From Vitrella brassicaformis CCMP3155 (Eukaryota; Protista; Chromerida), in the NCBI GenBank assembly GCA_001179505.1, contig CDMY01001036.1, forward strand, positions 155,740 through 219,739: DNA of 64,000 bases. The letters are read 5' to 3'. Positions 35,336 through 47,770 of the stretch are shown piece after piece (the first letter of the stretch is position 1; each line of letters begins with the position of its first letter). The notes beneath the pieces are model-generated. The model ran no database searches. It saw nothing but the letters and a program-made list of their open reading frames with translations, and had not been told where the DNA came from. Made by a program: the position numbers and the translations under genes.

Positions 35336-38242
35336 ATGGTCTTGCGTCTGGTCCTGCTATGGTTGGTGGTGTGTGCATTGGGCTCTGTGGAGGAACATCG
35401 GGTGAAGAGCCTGCCAGGTATGGACACACAGATCTATACACCCTGAGTCCGAGCTCATCAATCCGCCTGTCTGGTCTGCAGGCTGGAAGGGACCTTTGCC
35501 GTCCAGGATGTATTCAGGTTCGTGCCCGTGGATGAATCAACGCTGCCATCAGCCTCATGAACGACTGACATCGGTCACGTGTGTGCTTCTGTTGCTTGTG
35601 CAGGTTACTTCAACGTGGCGAATGAGTCGAGTACCTCCTCTTCTCAGCGTTGGCTGATGCACTACTGGTTCATCGAGAGCGAGAGGGACCCCTCCGCCGA
35701 CCCAGTGCTGCTCTGGATGCAGGTGCGCACACAGAACACATAGAAATACACACAGAGCCTTTGTGTGTGTGAATTGATTGGTGTGTGTGGCCACGGTGTG
35801 GCACAGGGTGGTCCAGGTGCGTCGGGGCTGTCAGGTTTATTGCAGGAGAACGGCCCACTGGCCGTCAACGACAACTCGTTCGGGCATGGCGATGAGCTCA
35901 TAGTCTTCTACAACCAGTACACATGGACAGAGGTCGGTGAGCGCATGATGAGTGATCCCCTCCCCCCCCACACCCACATACAGAGAGAGATGTTGTGCCT
36001 TTGTTGTGTCGTGTGGCAGTTGTCGAGTGTCTTGTTTATCGAGTCGCCGTGTGGTGTGGGCTACTCTCTGTGTGAGGACCCGCCGGAGTGCCCGGTGTGG
36101 GATGATGACGTCACCGCGCAGATGAATTTCAGGTATATGATATACTGGACTCACGATCACACACGTTCAGTACGATTGGTCTGTGTGTCTATGTCATACA
36201 GGCTGCTGAAGCAGTTCTACACGGTACTTTGACCCGGATGCAAATGCGCTCAACACACACACCCATACACAGACTTGCCTCTGTGTGTGTGTGTGTGTGT
36301 GCAGCACTACCCCGAGTATCAGACCAACGACTTCTACATCGTCGGAGAGGCACGTATACACACACACACACACACACACACCGCACCTATTCTCTGACCT
36401 GTCCACCACTGTTCGTTGCTTTCTCGTTCAGAGTTACGGCGGCATCTACGCCCCAATGCTCGCGCACGAGATTCTCCAAGACAACACGTACACTCACACA
36501 ACCGACCAGAAGACCAACACTCATTCAAATGGCCGCAACGTGTGTGTGCATGTCCGCAGGTCGCCGTCCATCCCGTTGGCAGGTGTGGCTGTGGGTGATG
36601 GGTGCACCGGCATGGAGGCAGAGGGCGGATGCTCACCCGACTACATGCACTGGGTAAGTGGGTGTAGCTGTCAGCCAAGAGACCTCCCTCCCTCGCACAC
36701 ACCCATTTCTTTGTCTGTGTGTGATGGATGGATGGATGGATCAGTATGTGGAGTTCCTCTTCGGCCACGGTCAGTTCTCGCCCCAGACGTACGGGCAGGT
36801 CCAGCGGGTGTGCGGCGAGGAGCTGAGGACAGGCACGTGGACCACCAACCAGCCATGCCGACGGGCCATCAAACAAATGGGCAGCGAACTCGGTGTGTGA
36901 GCCAGTCAGCCAGCACATATGAATGGGCGCGGTGCGGTGTCATATCATGTTGGCTATCGTGTGTGTGTCCATGTGTGCAGGAGGGTTCTATGTGTACGAT
37001 CTGTATGACGAGTGCATCGGCCGCCATGACCTGAGGCGGCTGTCTCGGGGCCGCAGCGACAACAACGGCACATCGCAGCTTATCGGTCGGTGTTTACAGC
37101 ATACCTACACTCATTGTCTGTGTACGCAACACATGTGCGTGCATCTGCATAGGTGGGGCGCTCAACGATTACGTGTGTGGTGGCGAGAGGGCAACCATTG
37201 CATGGCTCAACGACGACCGAGTCAGTTACACAAACACACACATACACACACACATATGGAAGCCCTTCTACGTACCCATCTCATCCCTGTGTGTCTGTCT
37301 TTGTCTGTGTGGTCAGGTCAAGGCGGCATTGAACGTCCGTCTGAACGTCACATGGCAGGAGCATGACGGATGGGGCGGTCAGCGCGCTCAGCACAACACA
37401 CAGACAACCCACCCACCCACTCAGCGCCCATTGGTAAGAGTGTACACGTGTGTGTGTGTTCAGACCACTACAGGTCGACCGAGACGGATGTGCGCCCCTA
37501 CTACCACGAGATGCTCAGCAAAGGCAGGCGCCTACACACACCCGAAATGCACACACACACATAGGCATCGCATGTGTGTATCCATGCTATAGGCGTGCGT
37601 GTGCTGATATACTACGGTGATGTCGACACGGACGTGCCGGTAAGGTAATTGGTGCACACGCAAGACACTCACACAGCACATGGATAGTCAGTCGGATGCA
37701 CGTGTGTGTATGTATTTGTGAGGGTGTTTCAGTATAATGGCGGCGAGTACTGGACAAGGCGGATGGGCTACCTCGTCAAGGAGCACTGGAAGCCGTGGAC
37801 CACCGACGGCAAACAACAAACAGCCGGGTCGGTGGGGCCGGGTAGCCAAGCAAAAAACACACAGGCAAAACAGACAGACAGACAGACAGACATTCATGTG
37901 TGCGTCTGATACCTGCCTGCCTGCCTGCCTGCCTGACTGCAGCCATGTGGTTCGTTACGATGCCCCGTCTGCATTCGACTACCTGACCGTCAGAGGGTCC
38001 GGACACATGGTATGGTGGGTCCGTCGGCCTCTTTCCTACACGGACAACACCCGAGTGCATGTGTGAGTGTGTGATTCTACCAGGTGCCTCAGTTCCAGCC
38101 GGTGTCGGCATTTGTGATGCTGCGTCAGTGGCTAGCCGACCAGCCATGGCCGCCATACACCGGCAAGGCGCCCAAACCACTGCTGTCCTCACACGGCCAT
38201 GCTGATGACGAACAAGATGAACAAGACCTCGCCGACAGGTAG
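35336..38242 (+). CDS. Secreted/lysosomal serine carboxypeptidase, family S10 (cathepsin A-like)
   Basis: Signal [74 protein letters not shown], nucleophile GE|SYGG, Asp motif YGDVDTDVP, His motif TVRGSGHMVP. Confidence 0.95.
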
Positions 38243-38574
38243 GTACTCATGAGTGTGTTGATGTGTGTGTATGTGTTGTGTGTGGTGTGCTGGTTCAGTC
38301 TGGGCATCGGTGTGTGCACGGGGTGCTACGGCAGAGTGCGCAGCAGAAGGAAGCCTCTCAGGCAGACAAACCAACAGGTCGGTGACCGCTCAGCAACCGA
38401 GGCGCATGTGTGAGCGCTTGTGTATGCGAGTGTGTGTGTGTGCAGCCACCAGCCCCCCCGTCACGGGCTGCAGTATTGTCTGCGTCGGCTCTCCAATCTT
38501 CTCTTGACGCGGCCCTGGCACGCATCAGAGAGCTGGAGGAACAGCTGAGACATTGCAATAGCAACAAGAGCGAC

Positions 38575-38833
38575 AGCTCACAGGTGCTGTATGGCTGATG
38601 ACGCGTGCACCCATGCCATGGATGGTGCTCATGTGGCCAGTACGTTCTTATGTCGGCGTGGGGCGGATTGAGTGGTGAGAGCTCAGGTTTTTCTGTGCGT
38701 GGCCCGGGGGCGGGTGTGGTGTGCGATAGACGAGACTTCAACGCATTGCAATGGCACACAATGGACTGAAGTCATCGCATGTGCATTAATCGCAACACAA
38801 TGGACAACATAAAAGACCGAAACACACTTTTCA
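38575..38833 (+). repeat. Dispersed repeat copy; 38702-38833 is the right arm of the 132-bp inverted repeat
   Basis: Direct similarity to 12855-13085 and inverted near-identity to 33708-33839. Confidence 0.9.
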
Positions 38834-39348
38834 TTTTCACTACTAGCGACTCACTCGTCTCCTCGCCCACACGGTGGCATACCTCTCTGAGCCGTGTGGG
38901 TCATCTCTCCGCATGGCGCTTGAACCCTCCGCGGCACTCCTCCCTCACCTCTGTAGTCTGCTTGTCGAGCTTCAGTCGTCCTCTCCCCATGCATCCCGTG
39001 TCACTCGGAGGGCTGTGCTGCCACGGACGTGAGATGATCTGTGTGTCGGGGCTGGGTCTCAATCAAGAGATCCCATATATTTTCCGGCAAGACACAGGCC
39101 TCTCAGGCCGGGCGAGGCTAGCTGCTCGCAGGAGATCGGCCTAACGCATGGCACGCCGCTGCGACGCTGCGTGTGTGTGTGGAAGTGCGCCTCCGCCTGA
39201 GATCATTCAGATCCATCAATTTGCATGGTCCCTCGGCTCCGCTTTCTCACCTGGATGAGTCCAATCGTGCAATCCGATGCTTTGGGTTTCGAGAGGGGGT
39301 TCAAACCCAAACCCTTTTGGCAGGCAGGACCATGAGAGTGTGTGTGTC

Positions 39349-41903
39349 ATGAGTGAGCCGGCACCGAAGCGGCAGAGGTTGGCGGCCGAGGGAGAGGAGG
39401 ATGATTCGAATGACGGACACCACGAGGCCGTGATGGACACCGACGGCGAACAGCAGCAGCAGCAGCAGGCCACAGCATCGCACGCGACACACAGCATAGA
39501 TCTGGAGGCCTTCGCACAGTCCTTCAGCCAAATCGTAAGCTGCAGCAAACGAAACCACTGGCAAACACACACATCCTCATTGCCTCCTCTCTCTCTGTCT
39601 GTGTGGTGTGTTGTCCACTCAGCCGGTTGTTGTTGCCTACGTCTTTTCGTTCGTGTCGCTTCATTTGGTGGCGGCGCTGCCCCAGCGGCTGTGGCGCCAC
39701 GTCGGCTGCCAGATCACCCGGCTGGTCATGGACACCTACGACACGGCCGAGCGGCGCTTCTGGTGCGGCCTCTCATTCGCCGACGCCTTCGAGTGGGGCC
39801 GGCGGCTCACACGGCTCAGGTCCATCGTGGTCAAATATCCGATAGAGCTTGCCGTCCCGAGCGATTTTGACTTCTTCACTCTGTCGCCGGTGATCGAGAA
39901 GATCGTCACGGCATTGGTGGAGGGCCACAGCGACGGGCGGAGAGGCGCAGCGGCCACAGCAACCGGGCTGCAGGGGCCAACCACATTGGAGTCCATCGAC
40001 ATAAGCAAGGGCGAATCGACCATCATCGTCGACGAGGCCGAGGGCCGCCATATCCTAGCTGCGACAGAGCCGTCGGCGGCCTTCCCCCCGCCCCTCAACC
40101 CGCCCCTCAACCCGCCCCCCACCCTCACATCCCTNNNNNNNNNNNNNNNNNNNNNNNNNNNNNNNNNNNNNNNNNNNNNNNNNNNNNNNNNNNNNNNNNN
40201 NNNNNNNNNNNNNNNNNNNNNNNNNNNNNNNNNNNNNNNNNNNNNNNNNNNNNNNNNNNNNNNNNNNNNNNNNNNNNNNNNNNNNNNNNNNNNNNNNNNN
40301 NNNNNNNNNNNNNNNNNNNNNNNNNNNNNNNNNNNNNNNNNNNNNNNNNNNNNNNNNNNNNNNNNNNNNNNNNNNNNNNNNNNNNNNNNNNNNNNNNNNN
40401 NNNNNNNNNNNNNNNNNNNNNNNNNNNNNNNNNNCCCTCACATCCCTCACGTCCATTATGATCCCGGGATATGAGCTCTCCTATCCCGGCCGCGGGCGCC
40501 AGTGGCAGCTGCCGTCAATCGAGACAGTCCAGGTGCGGAAGACGGTGTATCCGGAGATCGTGGGGGAGCTGGTGGCCACGTCACGGCGCCTCAAGGAGCT
40601 GCAGGTGGAGTGCCATCCTGACGCCATGGCGGACTCGCTGCGGCGCATCCCCACGGCCACGGCCGGCCAGCCGGGGCCGCTGTCACAGCTCGAGGACATC
40701 GGGACGCTCAACGTGAGAAATGGCGCAGTGCGTCTGGAGGGCCTTCAGGTATGCGACGAACCACATAAGCTACACAAAATCAGACAGGGAAGGCGAGAGT
40801 CTGTTTGTAATGTGCGTGTGTCTGTGTGCAGGCTGTCCTCGTCGACCGTGGCTGCCGCTCCATCAAGAAGCTCAGCATCAAGCTCGAGGACTACTCCATC
40901 AACAGCAGCATCTTCGCGACCCTCGCGGCCATCGAGGCCTTTACACTTGCCGTCTGTGTGAGGCCCGATATCCCCGTCGACATCAAGACCGGGGCCTCCT
41001 TCTTCGACCTGTCCCTCCTCTGCGACACTCCCATCCGCCCCGCGCCCTCATTCTTCGTGCAGAGGCACATCCAGCAGATGGCCGCCAAAGCCCTTGATGG
41101 CTTCGCCATCCGCCCTCACCATCTCACCACCGCTCTCGACACGCCCAGCCCCGCTGCCATCGCCGTCGCACGATCCCTGACATTCCCCAGTGCGACGACC
41201 GTGACAGTGTCGGACCAGGACGATTGGGACCCTGCCGATGATGCCGACCAGCCCGACCCGATTGTGCTCGACAGCATGCCTCACAACGCATTCCCCGCTG
41301 TATGGCGTCTCCGGTGCTACAGCGGCAAGGGGCTCGCGAGTGGGCGCAGGCTGGTGACCAAGATGCCGGCTGTCAAACGCATTACACTGTGGAAACCGAA
41401 AGAGGGGCACGCAGTGGGGATGTTGCAGGCGGTGGGTGGGGAGAGGGAGTTGGAGCGTTTTGAGGCCGGCTATGTGACGGATGTGGGTGAGGGGGGGCTG
41501 ACGTGGGGGGACATGGCAGACCAGCTGCGGACCATCAAACGGCTGGATGTTCGTGTAGAGGGTGAGCAGCAACCAATCGCCTCCATTCGCATGCACGCCA
41601 ATTGTGTCTTGTATGTGCCCGTCTGTCTGTCTGTCTGTCTGCGTCATTGTTGCAGTGCCTGAGGATTTGGGCGATGGCGATGCCGCCGGTGAGTTCGGCA
41701 TTGCGTGCGTCAAGTCGCTGCTCAAGATCCGAGGCATCGAGGAGCTCAAGTTCGCGCTGTTGCGGCCTGGAGGGCAGAGCTTCAAGCGGTTGGTGGAGGA
41801 GCGGACGCACGGCGACACCATCGAGGGGCTGGAGGGGCGGTACAGCATCGGGTGGCGGGGATATCGGGGAGATTTCCTCACTCTCAAACCACTCGACACC
41901 TGA
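39349..41903 (+). CDS. Lineage-expanded F-box-like/degenerate-LRR family, copy A (4 exons)
   Basis: MSEPAPKRQR (NLS-like), polyQ, FSQI|PVVVAYVFSFVSLHLVAALPQRLW (F-box-like), AERRFWCGLSFADAFEWGRRL and recurring LxxLxxI/LxV units. Introns in phase. The internal gap flanks overlap. Confidence 0.75.
40135..40434. other. Assembly gap, 300 N (true length probably about zero)
   Basis: Both flanks contain ccctcacatccct, which is contiguous in copy B. Confidence 0.9.
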
Positions 41904-43345
41904 CGAAAATTCGATAGGTACGGTTTGGCTACCTGGTATGGGCGCGCTTGTCCACTGCCGGTCGTGTGTGTTTTGGGCTGTGTGTTTGCCTGTCAGGTCG
42001 GGCCATCAGTTGCTGATGCGTAGAATAGAATGAGGTGCAGAGGGAGGTGGGGGTGCCATGCTTGAGGGATGCTCTCATGCGTGGCCGCTGTGGGGTGGAC
42101 TAAGTAAGCTGCATCGCTCGTCGATGAATGCGTGCTGGTGTTGTCCATGCATGTGAGAACCGAACGTTGAGCACCAGACTAATTGCTCATATTGCCCAAA
42201 GCACTGCCGTTTTCGTCACACACACATGCCTCCGTCTACCAGTATGTCCGTCCCTACGTGTGTGTCTGTGTGCATGGGGCCACCATGCCCCCGACAGACC
42301 GACAGCCAGCAAGACAGCCAGACAGACAGCCATTCGTTGACAAGTGTAAGTCAGTCAAGTCGGTACGACAGAAAGTGTGACGGTCGTTTTGTCGCATGCA
42401 GCCACTCACAAGCACACACATCCAGCCCACCAACATGTGTTGCAATCAATCTCTCCGAGAAATGATGTGTGGGTGCGTCGAGTGGCCAACCGCCTGTAGG
42501 TAGGTCAGCCAGCCAGCCAGTTGCATGACGGAGGGCGGTAAGTGTTGTCTCTCTATCTGGCTCTGCTTTTCCTCTCTCCCTCAGCGAGGTGGGTCTGCTC
42601 ATCCCAGAGAGAATGTTGTTTGTGACGCACCTCACACAGGCTCACTGACGGACGCACACAGGGATGTGTGTGCGTGTGTGTGTGCACAGGGCTGCACGTG
42701 TGTGTGTGTGTGATCGAGCCCATCGTTTTGGTCACTTTATACACACATGCACACAGCAATTTATTGTCTATCTCAGCAAACGGATATATCATCCAGTGTA
42801 TGTATTATCAGTCCGAAGGCGGCGCACTCGACATCCGCTCTCTGGCTGCCCCTCTCTATCCGTGTCTCTCTCTGCCTACCAGAGGTACCTATCGTACCAT
42901 TCACTCATTCACGAACAGTGGCAGTCCATCGTCCGTCCGTCCGTCCGTCTGTCTGTCTGTCTGTCTGTCTGCGTGTCCGTGTGGTGCTATTCATTCATTC
43001 ATTCGTCAAGCACTCCATATTATCTACCAGAGACGAGTGTTACGTACGGTTGGTGCGAGTTGTCTCTCTGTATACCAGTATACGTGTGTGCGTAAGGCCA
43101 CCATGCCTCAGCCACACATCCAGACATCCATATACTCGACAACGCAATTGGAAGAAAGCACCGGCGAGTTGTAGGTGAGCGAGACACAGCCTGGCCGAAT
43201 GAGTATGATCCTCTGTCTGTCAGATCGTCTGCTTCATACTGAGTTGCCCACTCGTCTGCCTTTCCAAGTCGCGTGCGACCTGTCATAGGGTGCTTGTGGA
43301 TGCGTCGCAATGGGGACGTTCCATGACCCTGAGGGTAGGGGCTCA

Positions 43346-43357
43346 GGGTTCAAACCC
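43346..43357 (+). promoter_or_regulatory. Conserved upstream motif GGG(T/C)TCAAACCC (B-box/telo-box-like) of the F-box-like family
   Basis: Also at 39297-39308, 47609-47620 and (minus) 60993-61004, upstream of copies A, C and D. Confidence 0.4.
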
Positions 43358-43496
43358 AAAACCCGCAAAACCCTGTGGTTGTGAATCACACTCTGACGTC
43401 TTCCAGTTTTTCGTACCACGACAGACCCTCAGGCTGCATGCCGTTGCGCTATGAGTTAATGTATTTCACACGCCCCGTTTGGTGGATGATTGAGGG

Positions 43497-45863
43497 ATGA
43501 GTGAGTCGGCATCGAAGCGGCAGAGGCGGTCGGCGGAGAGAGAAGAGGATGACTCGAATGACGGACACCAGGAGGCCGTGATGGACACCGACGGCCAGCA
43601 GCAGCAGCAGCAGCAGCAGCCGGCGGCCACAGCATCGCACACCACACACAGCATAGACCTGGAGGCCTTCGCACAGCAATTCAGCCAAATCGTAAGATGC
43701 ACCGAAGGAAACACTGGCAAACACATCCTCACTGTCTGCTCTCTCTGTGTCTGTGTGGTGTGTGTTGTCCGCTCAGCCGGTTGTCGTCGCCAACGTCTTT
43801 TCTTTCGTGTCGCTTCATTTGGTGGCGGCGCTGCCCCAGCGGCTGTGGTGCCACGTCGGCTGCCAGATCACCCAGCTGGTCATGGACACCCACGACACGG
43901 CCGAGCGGCGCTTCTGGTGCGGCCTCTCATTCGCTGACGCCTTCGAGTGGGGCCGGCGGCTCACACGGCTCAGGTCCATTGTCGTCAAGTACCCCTGGAC
44001 CTTGACGCTCCCTGGTCGGCAGCGACACACTTATGAGTACCGCAATCTGTCGCCGGTGATCGAGAAGCTCGTCACGGCATTGGTGGAGGGGCACAGTGAG
44101 GGGCGGAGAGGCGCAGCGGCCACAGCAGCCGGGCAGCCGGCGCCAACCACCTTGGAGTCCATCGACATCAGCGAGGGATCGATCATAACCGGCGACAAGG
44201 CCGAGGGCCGCGATATCCGAGCTGCGACAGAGCCGTCGGCGGCTCTCTCCCCGCCCCTCAACCCGCCCCCCACCCTCACATCCCTCACGTCCATTATGAT
44301 CCCGGGATATGGGCCCTCCTGTCCCGGCCACGGGCGCCACTGGCAGCTGCCGTCGCTTGAGACAGTCCAGGTGGTGCGAGGGACGGTGTATCCGGAGATG
44401 TTGGGGGGGCTGGTGGCCACGTCACGGTGCCTCAAGGAGCTGCACGTGGAATGCAGTACTTACGCCATGGCGGACTCGCTGCGGCGCATCCCCACGGCCA
44501 CGGCCGGCCAGCCGGGGCCGCTGTCACAGCTGGAGGACATCGGGACCCTCAGGATGTCTAGCGCTGATAGTCTGGAGGGTCTTCAGGTATGCGACGAACG
44601 AAACAAGATTCACAAAATCAGAGAGAGTGGGCGAGAGCTTCTTTGTGATGTGCGTGTCTATGTGTAGGCCGTCCTCGTCGACCGTGGCTGCCGCTCCATC
44701 AAGAAGCTCAGCGTCAAGCTCGAGGGCTCCTACATCACAAGCAGCATCTTCGCGACCCTCTCGGCCATCGAGAGCTTCGCCCGTGCCGTCTGTGTGAGCC
44801 CCGACATCGTCGACATCAAGAGGGCAGATGACTTCGACCTGTCCCTCCTCTGCGACGTCCCCACCCGCCCGGAGCCCTCACTCTTCGTGCAGAAGCACAT
44901 CCAGCAGCTGGCAGCCGGCGCAGCCTGTGTGGCCTTCGACGTCGACCCCCAGCACTTCGCCACCCCTCTCGACACGCCCAGCCCCGCTGCCATCGTCCTC
45001 GCACAGTGCCTGACCTTCCCCAACGTGAAGGATGTGGCGGTGGTGGACCAGGACGATTGGGAGCCTGACGATGACGGCGAACTCGACGTTTACGCCGGCG
45101 ACGAGCTCGACGATGACGCCGGACAGCCCGACCCACTTGTGCTGGACAGCATACCCGACAATGCATTCCCGGACGCATCAGGTCTCCGGTGCCACAGCCG
45201 CAAGGGGCTCGCGATTGGCCGCAGGCTGCTGACCAAGATGCCGGCGGTCAAACGCATTACACTGGGGAGGTCGACAGAGGAGCAAGCGGTGGGGATGCTG
45301 CAGGCGGTGGGTGGGGAGAGGGACCTCGAGTGTTTTGAGGCCACAAGCGTGACTGGCGTGGGTGAGGGGGGACTGACGTGGGGCGACATGGCCGACCAGC
45401 TGCCGACCATCAAACGGCTGGATCTTCGTGTAGAAGGTGAGCTGCCACCTATCGCCTCCATTCACATGCACGCCCATTGTGTCTTGTATGTGCCCGTCTG
45501 TCTGCCCATTGGATGTCATGTCTGCCTTCCTGTCTGTGTGCAGTGCCTGAGGATTTGGGCGATGGCGATGCCGCTGGCGAGTTCGGCATTGCCTGCGTCA
45601 AGTCGCTGCTCAAGATCCGCGGCATCGAGGAGCTCAAGTTCGCGGTGCGGCCAGCCGATACCTTCAAGCGGCTGGTGGAGGAACGAACCAATGGCGACAC
45701 CATCGAGGGGCTGGAGGGGCGGTTCGACATCGAGTGGGGCTGGACGGATGTACATGATGAGCGGAGTGATGGCGATGCCATTGAGGGGCTGGAGGCCCGG
45801 TATGGCATCCGCTGGGAGGGAGATGAGGAAGATGCGCTCACTCTTAAACCACTCGGCACCTGA
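43497..45863 (+). CDS. F-box-like/degenerate-LRR family, copy B (intact, duplicated C-terminal module)
   Basis: Same 4-exon structure, all joins in frame. The last exon has ER..GD.IEGLE.R..I.W twice. Confidence 0.8.
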
Positions 45864-46855
45864 CGACAATTCTACAGGTACGGTTTGGCTGTCTTGTATA
45901 CGCGCGCGTGTCCACTGCCGGTGGTGTCTGTTGGGCTGTATGTTTGCCTGTCAGGTCGGCCCATGTCAGCTGATGCGTAGAATAGAATGAGGTGCAGAGG
46001 GAGGGATGTGGGGGTGCCATGATGGCGGGATGCTCTCATGCGTGGCCGCTGTGGGGTGGACTAAGTAAGCTGCATCGCTCGTCGATGAATGCGTGCTGGT
46101 GTTGTCCATGCATGTGAGAACCGAACGTTGAGCTGCTTGCTGATCGAACTGATTGCTCATATTGCCCAAAGCACTGCCGTTTTCGTCACACACACACATG
46201 CCTCCGTCTACCAGTATGTCCGTCCCTACGTGTGTGTCTGTGTGCATGGGGCCACCATGCCCCGTCAGACCGACAGCCAGCCAGACAGACAGACAGCCAT
46301 TCGTTGACAAGTGTAAGTCTGTCCAGTCGGTACGACAGAAAGTGTGACGGTCGTTTTGTCGCAGGCAGCCACTCACAAGCACACACATCCAGCCCACCAA
46401 CATGTGTTGCAATCAATCTCTCCGAGAAATGATGTGTGGGTGCGTCGAGTGGCCAACCGCCTGTAGGTAGGTCAGCCAGCCAGTTGCACGACGGAGGGCG
46501 GTGGGTGTTGTCTCTCTATCTGGCTCTGCTTTTCCTCTCTCCCTCAGCGAGGTGGGTCTGCTCATCCCAGAGAGAATGTTGTTTGTGACGCACCTCACAC
46601 AGGCTCACTGACGGACGCACACAGGGATGTGTGTGCGTGTGTGTGTGCACAGGGCTGCACGTGTGTGTGTGTGTGATCGAGCCCATCGTTTTGGTCACTT
46701 TATACACACATGCACACAGCAATTAATTGTCTATCTCAGCAAACGGATATATCATCCAGTGTATGTATTATCAGTCCGAAGGCGGCGCACTCGACATCCG
46801 CTCTCTGGCTGCCCCTCTCTATCCGTGTCTCTCTCTGCCTACCAGAGGTACCTAT

Positions 46856-47155
46856 NNNNNNNNNNNNNNNNNNNNNNNNNNNNNNNNNNNNNNNNNNNNN
46901 NNNNNNNNNNNNNNNNNNNNNNNNNNNNNNNNNNNNNNNNNNNNNNNNNNNNNNNNNNNNNNNNNNNNNNNNNNNNNNNNNNNNNNNNNNNNNNNNNNNN
47001 NNNNNNNNNNNNNNNNNNNNNNNNNNNNNNNNNNNNNNNNNNNNNNNNNNNNNNNNNNNNNNNNNNNNNNNNNNNNNNNNNNNNNNNNNNNNNNNNNNNN
47101 NNNNNNNNNNNNNNNNNNNNNNNNNNNNNNNNNNNNNNNNNNNNNNNNNNNNNNN
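46856..47155. other. Assembly gap, 300 N (true length about 30 bp by comparison with the A-B spacer)
   Basis: Flanks ..ggtacctat and agtccatcg are about 30 nt apart at 42887-42925. Confidence 0.9.
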
Positions 47156-47191
47156 AGTCCATCGTCCGTCTGTCTGTCCGTCTGTCTGTCC

Positions 47192-47223
<32 letters not shown>

Positions 47224-47770
47224 GCGTGTCCGTGTGGTGCCATTCATTAATTCATTCATTCGGTCAAGCACTCCATATTACCTACCAGCACCACGGGGAC
47301 AGAGACGGACACAGAGACGAGTGTTACGTACGGTTGGTGCGAGTTGTCTCTCTGTATACCAGTATACGTGTGTGCGTAAGGCCACCATGCCTCAGCCACA
47401 CATGCAGACATCCAGATACTCGACAACGCAATTGGAAGAAAGCACCGGCGAGTTGTAGGTGCGAGCGAGACACAGCCTGGCCGAATGAGTATGATCCTCT
47501 GTCTGTCAGATCGTCTGCTTCATACTGAGTTGTCAACTCGTCTGCCTTTCCGAGTCGCATACGTGGATGCGTCGCAATGCGGACGTTCCACGGCAGGGTA
47601 GGGGCTCAGGGTTCAAACCCAAAACCCACAAAACCCTTGGTTGTGAATCACACTCTGGGTTTAGACGTCTTCGAGTTTTTCATGCCACGACAGACAAGAC
47701 CCTCAGGCTTCCTGCCGTTGCGCTATGAGTTAATGTATTTCACACGCCCCGTTTGGTGGAGAATTGAGCG

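Larger units (their letters stand above)
41904..47770 (+). repeat. Tandem unit of about 4.2 kb: spacers 41904-43496 and 45864-47770 are near-identical
   Basis: Long near-identical runs, e.g. cacacatccagcccaccaacatgtgttgcaatcaatctctccgagaaatgatgtgtggg.. A shortened version follows copy C (50011-50320), and the 3' UTR block follows copy D (58590-58820). Confidence 0.9.

Noticed and set aside
40135-40434. Apparent insertion or disruption in family copy A
   Set aside because: Placeholder gap. The flanks overlap and match contiguous sequence in copy B.
43330-43400. tRNA gene or SINE around the B-box-like motif
   Set aside because: No cloverleaf, anticodon arm or poly-T terminator; the A-box match is weak
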